The notes under the pieces were generated by a model. It searched no databases and had not been told where the DNA came from. It was given only the letters and a program-made list of their open reading frames with translations. Positions 20,697 through 27,194 of a stretch of DNA of 32,000 bases are shown here, piece after piece. Made by a program: the position numbers and the translations under genes. Positions within the stretch are counted from its first letter, which is position 1. The number at the start of each line of letters is the position of its first letter. Source of the DNA: an uncultured Bordetella sp. (lineage in GTDB: Bacteria > Pseudomonadota > Gammaproteobacteria > Burkholderiales > SG8-39). Where the stretch lies: the NCBI GenBank assembly GCA_964599095.1, contig CAZREB010000017.1, positions 7,203-39,202 on the forward strand, in the 5' to 3' direction.

Positions 20697-20999
20697 ATGA
20701 CCAATACGGAACATTCAATCGAGGCAAGGATCCTGCAGGCGGTAAAGCTGACGCTCGCGGGCGTGATCAGGGACACCGCCACGCCCCACGGCATGCGCCA
20801 TCCCCTTTCCGACTCCACCATCGCGGACATGCGCCAGTGCCTGGTGCTCATCAGCGCGCGCGAGCGCGAACTGGCGCAAGAAGGCGACCGGCAGCCCGTC
20901 GAGCGCCCGCGGTTCGCCGACGAGCCGGCCAGCGGGCAATGCGGCGACAAGGTGATCCACTTTCACAAGGGAACGCCCTCCGGCAACCCGCGAGGCTAG
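20697..20999 (+). CDS. Small hypothetical protein (100 aa) preceding the S24 peptidase gene
   Basis: ATG at 20697 with GAGG 6 nt upstream, 8 nt after the piuC-like stop. 'IEARILQAVKLTLAGVIRDTATPHGMRHPLSDSTIADMRQCLVLISARERELA' looks like an ordered helical domain with a disordered tail. Confidence 0.5.
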   Translation: MTNTEHSIEARILQAVKLTLAGVIRDTATPHGMRHPLSDSTIADMRQCLVLISARERELAQEGDRQPVERPRFADEPASGQCGDKVIHFHKGTPSGNPRG

Positions 21000-21016
21000 A
21001 CTGCAATGGAGTCTCA

Positions 21017-21331
21017 ATGAGCCAGGACAACTGCAGCTCGATCGAACCCTATGCCCTGCAGGTGCTGGGCGACAGCATGGAACCCGAGTTCGCCGACGGT
21101 TGCGTCGTCATCGTGGATCCCGGCTACGCACCTCGTGACGGCAGTTTCGTGATCGTGGAGTTCGCCGGCGACATCTTCTTCCGCCAGCTGCTCATCGAAG
21201 GCGAGCGGCGCTTCCTGAAGCCTCTCAACCCGAAGTACGGAGGCTTCGAACTGACTCCGCCCTTTACGATCCTGGGCGGTGTGGTGCAGCGCGCCGGCCG
21301 CAGGCGCTCCGAGCGCAGGCACTACGCGTAA
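21017..21331 (+). CDS. Stand-alone S24 (LexA/UmuD-type) peptidase domain protein, no HTH domain (104 aa)
   Basis: ATG at 21017 with GGAG 5 nt upstream. The catalytic Ser motif 'LQVLGDSMEPEF' and the downstream Lys context 'RRFLKPLNP' are present. The whole protein is only the size of the peptidase domain. Confidence 0.8.
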   Translation: MSQDNCSSIEPYALQVLGDSMEPEFADGCVVIVDPGYAPRDGSFVIVEFAGDIFFRQLLIEGERRFLKPLNPKYGGFELTPPFTILGGVVQRAGRRRSERRHYA

Positions 21332-21337
21332 GCCGGT

Positions 21338-21679
21338 TCAGTACCCGCCCTTGCGAAGGCTCTCCGGCAGGCCGGCGATCTTTCCAGCCTGCTTGGAAGG
21401 ATTTCCCGGGAAAAGGTCGAATAGCGTCTTGTTGTCGACTTTCCGGTCCGGCCATTTCTCCTGCATCGCCTTGAGCATCGCGCGGTTGTTCGGTTGCTCG
21501 CCGTTGTGGTTCAGGAAGGCGTCGCGCAGATATTCGATCACGTCCCAGTGGTCCGGTGTGAGAGTCAGGCCTTCCGATGCGGCGATCGCCTCGGCGACTT
21601 CGCGGTCCCATTCGTCGTGCGAGACCAGGTAGCCGTTCTCGGTCGTTTCCAGCACCTTGCCTTTGATCTCGTATGCCAT
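21338..21679 (-). CDS. TusE/DsrC/DsvC-family protein lacking both conserved C-terminal cysteines (DsrC paralogue, 113 aa)
   Basis: ATG at 21679 with a GAGGAA RBS. 'GYLVSHDEWDREVAEAIAASEGLTLTPDHWDVIEYLRDAF' and '...LFDLFPGNPSKQAGKIAGLPESLRKGGY' align along their length with the bona fide DsrC at 27910-28242 ('...[26 protein letters not shown]'). Confidence 0.85.
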   Translation of the reverse strand: MAYEIKGKVLETTENGYLVSHDEWDREVAEAIAASEGLTLTPDHWDVIEYLRDAFLNHNGEQPNNRAMLKAMQEKWPDRKVDNKTLFDLFPGNPSKQAGKIAGLPESLRKGGY

Positions 21680-21690
21680 GGTTTCCTCGT

Positions 21691-22377
21691 CTAGAAAGAA
21701 TCCGACCTGTGGCCCAGGTCGTCGATGTTCTTGTGCGGGATGAACAGGCCGAAGCCGAGCTTGCGCTCGATGCCCAGCCCTTGCTGCTGGAGCAGCAGCG
21801 ACTGGTCCCGGGTAAGACCGGCAAGCATGAGGCTGCGCGCGAGCAGGGCGCGCCCGGGTGTCGTCACCTGCGTGCTGCGACCGCACACTCTGGTGCATTT
21901 CCGGATGCCGAGCGCCTCGAGTTGCTGATTCGCCGAAGACATGAACTGCGCCTCGTCGCCGCTCTGGCCGAAGATCACCCCGCGCGAGTACAACGTGGTG
22001 ATGCGCGACAGCGGCTTCACCGACAGACGGTCGATGCGCAATGGCCAGCCGGCTACCTGCAGGGTGGCGCCAAGCAGGGTTGAAGCCGCCTCGACGCGGT
22101 GCCGCGGCAGGCGCAGCGAAAGCTTTGCCCTATGGGAGAGCTGCAGCAGGTCCTCGGGCGACTCGGGGCGCATCCAGCCGCTGCCCGACCCGGCACCGTG
22201 GATCAGATGCAGGCCCGCTCGCGGCTCGTCCGCGAACCATGGAAGGGCATCGTGAATCGCTTGCGACAGGGCATACGCATGGTCGACCGGCAGGCACCGG
22301 CACGAAATGCCGAAGACCGCATCGACGATATCCGCGAGGGGGGCGGGTCCGGCGGCGGCGTCCGCTTCCATTTGCAC
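21691..22377 (-). CDS. Cas6/Cmx6-like RAMP-superfamily protein (orphan; no CRISPR array or other cas genes in the window)
   Basis: 228 aa. The N-terminus 'VDAVFGISCRCLPVDHAYALSQAIHDALPWF', the '...LSLRLP...' segment and the C-terminal Gly-rich loop 'QQQGLGIERKLGFGLFIPHK' match my recollection of the type I-MYXAN Cas6/Cmx6 pattern and of RAMP G-loops generally. The start is either GTG at 22377 or ATG at 22371. Confidence 0.5.
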   Translation of the reverse strand: MQMEADAAAGPAPLADIVDAVFGISCRCLPVDHAYALSQAIHDALPWFADEPRAGLHLIHGAGSGSGWMRPESPEDLLQLSHRAKLSLRLPRHRVEAASTLLGATLQVAGWPLRIDRLSVKPLSRITTLYSRGVIFGQSGDEAQFMSSANQQLEALGIRKCTRVCGRSTQVTTPGRALLARSLMLAGLTRDQSLLLQQQGLGIERKLGFGLFIPHKNIDDLGHRSDSF

Positions 22378-22382
22378 CTGGT

Positions 22383-23105
22383 TCAGTCCACGGGCAGGAC
22401 GGCCTGCAGGGCCTCACGGTCGAACCACCATTCGTCCTGCACCAGCACGTCGACCACGTTGCGCAGGCGCGGAAGGAACCGCCCCGGGTCGTCGAGCTCC
22501 ATGCGCTCGATCCAGCGATTGAAGTCCTCCTGGCCCGCGACGCCGCTATGGCGGCGGGCGACCGTCGCAAGCAACTGGCTGGCATAGATCAGCAGGTGTT
22601 CGCGTTGCGGCTCCTGTGCCCGCAAATCGACCAGGTAGTAGGCAGTGACCGCCGCGACCGCTGCGCCGTCAGCGTCGGGCGGCGTTTCATCGACCACGTG
22701 CTGGAGCAGCGCGACGCTCAGTTCGGGATCCATCGGGTAAGTGACGGCCAGCCATATCCCCTGGCCGAGGGCGGCGAGAGACTGCGGTTGGTCGCAGACG
22801 AACAGGATGTCGCATGCCTGTGCCGCGCCTTCCCAAGCCTGAGCGGCAAGGTACAAGTCGACCGCCTCCCGCGCCGCCGTCCAGGCCTCGGAATGCGCTT
22901 CGAGCCGCACGAGAGCGCGGCCGAGCTGCAGCAGCAGGTCGGCTCGACGCAGTGGATCGGCCCTTGTCGACAGGGCCGCGAGTTGCTCGCGATGGTCTGC
23001 GACCAGGCGCTTGAGCAGGCCGGTCGATTCCTTGGCATCCTCGATGCTGTCGGCGTTGCCGACCGCGCGATCTTCCTTGATGTACTTGAGGGGGATGTGT
23101 TTCAT
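22383..23105 (-). CDS. Hypothetical all-helical protein (240 aa), family not recognised
   Basis: I chose the ATG at 23105 ('MKHIPLKYIKEDRAV...'); the upstream part of the track ORF overlaps the TauD-like gene. The protein is Ala/Leu-rich, helical-repeat-like and acidic. It is tightly packed between the TauD-like and Cas6-like genes. Confidence 0.6.
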   Translation of the reverse strand: MKHIPLKYIKEDRAVGNADSIEDAKESTGLLKRLVADHREQLAALSTRADPLRRADLLLQLGRALVRLEAHSEAWTAAREAVDLYLAAQAWEGAAQACDILFVCDQPQSLAALGQGIWLAVTYPMDPELSVALLQHVVDETPPDADGAAVAAVTAYYLVDLRAQEPQREHLLIYASQLLATVARRHSGVAGQEDFNRWIERMELDDPGRFLPRLRNVVDVLVQDEWWFDREALQAVLPVD

Positions 23106-23127
23106 GAGTCGAGGCTGGTTTCTTCGC

Positions 23128-24105
23128 CTAGGACAATGGCGTGTCGGAGGGGGCGACGCGATCGGAGTAGCGGGCTCGATAGACCAGCCTGGACTGGCCG
23201 GGCTCGTCGCCGAACGCACTGCGATTGTGGAGCACGTTGTTGCATACGAGGCCCTGCCCGGCCTCGAGCCGCAACTTGAAAACGTGCGGTGAACCGGCAT
23301 CGAAAATGCGGCCCAGGAACGCCGTTGCTGCGCGCGTGACTTCATCCGGACGCCACCTCACGCTGCGCGTGCGCGCGGTATAGCGCATATGGATCCGGCC
23401 GCCGTGGGTCGAAAATACGGGACCGACGCAGGCGGCGCGAATTTCACTGCCGTCCACGACATTGGCGGGGATCGTCATTGCGTCAGGCGCTGTGAGCGCC
23501 TTGACGTATTCGGGGTCCGCGTCGCGCAACAGGATGTAGGCGATTTCGGGATCGAGCAGGCAATTTTCTCCTCCAGAAGCGGCGGGCTGGACACAATGGA
23601 GAATGAAGGCGCAAATGCGTTCCGGCGGCCGGATGTAATAGCCATCCGTATGCCAAAGCAGGCGCTGGTTCGAATAAGGGATGTAGCCCGCGGCGGACTT
23701 TTCCGGTACGGCCTTAAGCGAGCTTACGCCATCCTCGTCCGCGAGCGGGTTCGCATGCAGGTGAGCAAGGCCCAGACATTCGCCCAATCGGAGAGGTATG
23801 GCCTTGTCAGGCACGCCCGCAAGGGGGGTCGAGTAGACCGCCATGTTGGCGACCTCGCAGATCCGTCGAATCTCGCCTACCTCGGCCGCCGTGGGATTGA
23901 GCGGGTCGCGGACCTCGACGACCAGATCTTCCGTGCGGGTCGGGTAGCGGGCCAGCTTGCGCTCACGCCAGCGCAGGTAGTCCTGCGGCCGGTCGAACGG
24001 CAGGTCGATGTCAATCGGCAGCGGAGCGTTCAAGGGTCGCGGGCCAAGCGGCGCAGAGATACAGGGATCGGAACATACCGCAACGGTGTCGAGTGGCGCA
24101 CGCAC
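23128..24105 (-). CDS. TauD/TfdA-family Fe(II)/2-oxoglutarate dioxygenase
   Basis: 'QRLLWHTDGYY' (HxD), 'SGGENCLLD', and 'LVCNNVLHNRSAF' (distal His plus the 2OG-binding Arg) occur in the order expected for the TauD fold. The GTG start at 24105 is uncertain; an internal TTG is possible. Confidence 0.8.
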   Translation of the reverse strand: MRAPLDTVAVCSDPCISAPLGPRPLNAPLPIDIDLPFDRPQDYLRWRERKLARYPTRTEDLVVEVRDPLNPTAAEVGEIRRICEVANMAVYSTPLAGVPDKAIPLRLGECLGLAHLHANPLADEDGVSSLKAVPEKSAAGYIPYSNQRLLWHTDGYYIRPPERICAFILHCVQPAASGGENCLLDPEIAYILLRDADPEYVKALTAPDAMTIPANVVDGSEIRAACVGPVFSTHGGRIHMRYTARTRSVRWRPDEVTRAATAFLGRIFDAGSPHVFKLRLEAGQGLVCNNVLHNRSAFGDEPGQSRLVYRARYSDRVAPSDTPLS

Positions 24106-24327
24106 CGCGATCGCAATTACAGGGGCGACAGAATCACTCGGCTTGGCAGGCAGTGCGCGGGCAATCGCCTAAGAATCAATGGTATCCGCCGGCTCGCGCG
24201 TTCGAGGCTATCTCCAAAGAGATGTATTGCTGCGGTGCGGTCCCCTCCCAATGAGTTCTTCGGCCGCGCGCGGGCGCCTCGTTACACTGGCGCGGCACAA
24301 TGCAGATCGTTTGTTTGGAGGTATCCC

Positions 24328-25653
24328 GTGTCCGACCCGAAAAAGCAGCCCAAGAATCCCGAGCGGCACAGCACCTTTATTCCAATCGAGAAGAAGTCGA
24401 CCAAGCCGTTTCATCCTACGCCGATGCTCGACCAGCTCGAGAGCGGGCCCTGGCCCAGCTTCGTTACCGGGCTCAAGCGTCTGGCGCACGAAAACAACAT
24501 GATGGTCGATCTGCTGGGACAGCTGGAGCATTCCTACAAGACCCGCCTGGGGTACTGGAAGGGCGGTACCGTATCGGTGTTCGGATACGGCGGCGGCATC
24601 ATCCCGCGCTTTTCGGAAGTTGCCAGCATGTTCCCGGAGTCCAAGGAATTCCATACGCTGCGCGTGCAGCCACCGGCGGGCAACCACTACACCACCAAGC
24701 TGCTGCGGCGGCTTTCGGATTCCTGGAACAAGTGGGGGTCCGGCCTGATCGCGTTTCACGGCCAGACGGGGAACATCATGTTCATCGGCACCACGACCGA
24801 GAACACGCAGCATTTCTTCGATGAAATCAACGAGTACGGCTTCGATCTTGGCGGGGCCGGCCCCTGCGTGCGCACCGCGATGTCGTGCGTCGGCGCCGCG
24901 CGCTGCGAGCAGTCCTGTACCAACGAGCACCGGATCCACCGCACGCTGGTCAACAACTTCATCGATGACATGCATCGCCCGGCACTGCCCTACAAGTTCA
25001 AGTTCAAGGTCTCGGGCTGCCCGAACGACTGCATGAACTCGATCCAGCGCGCCGACTTCGCCGTGATCGGCACGTGGCGCGACGCCATGCAGGTCGACCA
25101 GGCGGAGGTCAAGTCCTACGTGGCGAGCCACGGCCGCAAGTACACGATCGACAATGTGATCGCGCGCTGCCCCACCAAGGCGCTGTCTCTCAACGACGAC
25201 GATACTCTGGAAGTGGACAATCGCAGTTGCGTGCGTTGCATGCACTGCATAAACGTCATGACCCGGGCGCTGAAGCCCGGCAAGGACCGGGGCATCACGC
25301 TGCTGATCGGTGGCAAGCGCACCCTCAAGATCGGCGACACCATGGGCACCGTCATCATCCCGTTCATGAAGATGGACACCGACGAGGACTACGAGAAACT
25401 GCGCGATCTGGCTGCCACGGTGGTCGATTTCTGGGCGGAGAACGGCCTGGAGCACGAGCGCTGCGGCGAGATGATCGAGCGCATCGGGCTGGCGAATTTC
25501 CTGGAAGGCATCGGGGTGGAAGTCGACCCCAACATGATCAGCCATCCGCGCACAAGCTCGTACGTTCGGTTGGACGATTGGGATGCGGAAGCCGAAAAAT
25601 GGGTCGCGCGCCATGGCGGCGGCAAAGCGGGCGAAAACGCCCCGCAGGCGTAG
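24328..25653 (+). CDS. dsrA: Dissimilatory sulfite reductase alpha subunit, oxidative (reverse) type
   Basis: GTG at 24328 with a GGAGG RBS 6 nt upstream. 'GPWPSFVTGLKR', 'GYWKGGTVSVFGYGGGIIPRF', the siroheme/FeS Cys cluster 'MSCVGAARCEQSC...SGCPNDC' and the ferredoxin insert 'CPTKAL...CVRCMHCINV' are present. The first 313 codons of the track ORF are a non-coding extension. Confidence 0.97.
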   Translation: MSDPKKQPKNPERHSTFIPIEKKSTKPFHPTPMLDQLESGPWPSFVTGLKRLAHENNMMVDLLGQLEHSYKTRLGYWKGGTVSVFGYGGGIIPRFSEVASMFPESKEFHTLRVQPPAGNHYTTKLLRRLSDSWNKWGSGLIAFHGQTGNIMFIGTTTENTQHFFDEINEYGFDLGGAGPCVRTAMSCVGAARCEQSCTNEHRIHRTLVNNFIDDMHRPALPYKFKFKVSGCPNDCMNSIQRADFAVIGTWRDAMQVDQAEVKSYVASHGRKYTIDNVIARCPTKALSLNDDDTLEVDNRSCVRCMHCINVMTRALKPGKDRGITLLIGGKRTLKIGDTMGTVIIPFMKMDTDEDYEKLRDLAATVVDFWAENGLEHERCGEMIERIGLANFLEGIGVEVDPNMISHPRTSSYVRLDDWDAEAEKWVARHGGGKAGENAPQA

Positions 25654-25676
25654 GACACGGAAAGGAGGAAGTCTGT

Positions 25677-26777
25677 ATGGCACAGCAATCTGCAGCGGCG
25701 CCCGAAAAGAAGAAGATGCGCCCGCCCATCGAAAGCGGCTGCCCTGATGGCGTGCAGTACATGCATCCGCTCATGGTCAAGAATTTCGGCCAGTGGAAAT
25801 ACCATGACCGGCCGCGACCGGGGGTGCTTCATCACGTGGCCTACTCGGGCGATGAGATCTGGACGGTGCGCGTAGGCACGCAGCGCCAGCTCGGTCCTTA
25901 CGAGATCAACCTGTTGTGCGACATCGTCGACCAGTACGGCGAGGGGCACGTGCGCTTCACGATACGCTCGAACATGGAGGTGATGGTCTCCTCCTGGGAG
26001 AAGGTCGGGCCGTTGATCAAGGCCTTCAATGACGCCGGTTATCCGGTGGGCGGGACCGGAAACTCGGTGACCATGATCTCGCACACCCAGGGCTGGCTGC
26101 ATTGCGACATTCCCGGCACCGACGCATCGGGCGTCGTCAAGTCCCTGATGGACGAGCTCTACGAGGAGTTCGTCAAGGAAGAGATGCCGAACCGCGTGCA
26201 TATCACTACGTCCTGCTGCCAGATCAACTGCGGCGGGCAGGGGGACATCGCGATCAATGTCCAACACACCAAGCCGCCGAAAATCAATCACGACCTCGTG
26301 GCGAACGTGTGCGAGAGGCCTTCGGTCGTGGCCCGCTGCCCGGTGGCGGCGATCCGTCCGGCGATCGTGAACGGCAAGCCGTCGCTCGAGGTCGACGAGA
26401 AGAAATGCATCTGCTGCGGCGCCTGCTATCCACCGTGCCCGCCGATGCAGATCAACGACCCGGAACATTCCAAGCTCGCAATCTGGGTGGGTGGGAAGAA
26501 CTCGAACGCCCGGTCCAAGCCGATGTTCCAGAAGCTGGTGGCCGCCGGCCTGCCGAACAATCCGCCACGCTGGCCGGAAGTCGCCGCGGTGGTGAAGAAG
26601 ATCCTGTACACCTACAAGAACGACGCCCGCGACTGGGAACGTGTCGGCGACTGGGTTGAGCGGATCGGCTGGCCGCGCTTTTTCGAGCTGACCGGGCTGC
26701 CGTTCACGAAATTCCACATCGACAACTGGCGCGGGGCACGCAACAGCCTCAACGCCTCAGCGCATATCCGCTTTTAA
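25677..26777 (+). CDS. dsrB: Dissimilatory sulfite reductase beta subunit, oxidative (reverse) type
   Basis: ATG at 25677 with an AGGAGG RBS. 'MHPLMVKNFGQWKYH', 'TSCCQINCGGQGD' and the ferredoxin domain 'CPVAAI...CICCGACYPPCP' are present. It starts 23 nt after dsrA. Confidence 0.97.
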   Translation: MAQQSAAAPEKKKMRPPIESGCPDGVQYMHPLMVKNFGQWKYHDRPRPGVLHHVAYSGDEIWTVRVGTQRQLGPYEINLLCDIVDQYGEGHVRFTIRSNMEVMVSSWEKVGPLIKAFNDAGYPVGGTGNSVTMISHTQGWLHCDIPGTDASGVVKSLMDELYEEFVKEEMPNRVHITTSCCQINCGGQGDIAINVQHTKPPKINHDLVANVCERPSVVARCPVAAIRPAIVNGKPSLEVDEKKCICCGACYPPCPPMQINDPEHSKLAIWVGGKNSNARSKPMFQKLVAAGLPNNPPRWPEVAAVVKKILYTYKNDARDWERVGDWVERIGWPRFFELTGLPFTKFHIDNWRGARNSLNASAHIRF

Positions 26778-26790
26778 GGCGCCCGCCGGC

Positions 26791-27183
26791 ATGAAATTCG
26801 GGATACTCGTCAACGAAGGGCCTTACACCCACGCGGCCTCGGACACGGCTTACCAGTTCGTCAAGGCGGCATTGGCTAAAGGGCACGAGATCTATCGCGT
26901 ATTCTTCTATCACGACGGCGTCAACAACGGAACTCGGCTTACCGTCCCGCCGCAGGATGACCGCAATATCGTCAAGCGATGGAGCGAACTGGCGGCGCAG
27001 CATAAACTGGACCTCGTTGTTTGCATTGCAGCGGCGCAGCGTCGCGGACTGATGGATGCGGCGGAAGCGAAACGCAATGGCAAGGATGCCGACAACATCG
27101 CGCCGGGATTCCGGATTTCCGGCCTTGGCCAACTGATCGAAGCGGGCATCCAGTCGGACCGGCTGGTCGTGTTCGGCGGCTGA
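26791..27183 (+). CDS. dsrE: Sulfurtransferase complex subunit DsrE
   Basis: 130 aa. 'MKFGILVNEGPYTHAASDTAYQF' and the active-site Cys context 'LVVCIAAAQRRGL' are present. Its position directly after dsrB fits. Confidence 0.93.
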   Translation: MKFGILVNEGPYTHAASDTAYQFVKAALAKGHEIYRVFFYHDGVNNGTRLTVPPQDDRNIVKRWSELAAQHKLDLVVCIAAAQRRGLMDAAEAKRNGKDADNIAPGFRISGLGQLIEAGIQSDRLVVFGG

Positions 27184-27194
27184 GGAGGGCACAA

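Noticed and set aside
22041-23279. 412-aa plus-strand ORF antisense to the Cas6-like and helical-protein genes
   Set aside because: The translation is Arg/Ala/Gly/Pro-rich and low in complexity. The minus-strand genes form a coherent, RBS-linked operon.
14107-24114. Scattered GCGATCGC octamer palindromes (e.g. ~14050, ~14318, ~24107)
   Set aside because: These look like HIP1-type repeats, but there are only a few copies, several of them inside coding sequence, and the octamer fits the base composition. I see no evidence of a repeat family.
24285-24302. Sigma-54-like element TGGCGC-N-..TGCA upstream of dsrA (and TGGCAG at ~24144)
   Set aside because: The GG-to-GC spacing is 11 nt rather than the canonical 10, the -12 element is not TTGC, and the window contains no enhancer-binding protein. 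This is too weak to call.
23389-24327. 313-codon N-terminal extension of the dsrA track ORF
   Set aside because: It is antisense to the TauD-like gene and then crosses the intergenic region. The DsrA homology begins at the GTG at 24328, which has a well-spaced GGAGG RBS.
21338-24327. Search for a CRISPR repeat-spacer array or other cas genes near the Cas6-like gene
   Set aside because: Reading both strands, I saw no series of 24-40 nt direct repeats with regular spacing here or anywhere else in the window. I report no CRISPR feature.
24208-26717. Large minus-strand ORFs (24208-25683, 491 aa; 25389-26717, 442 aa) and the plus-strand extension 25074-25676 upstream of dsrB
   Set aside because: These are shadow frames of dsrA and dsrB, and their products are Arg/His/Asp/Ala-rich without motifs. 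dsrB clearly starts at the ATG at 25677, behind an AGGAGG RBS.
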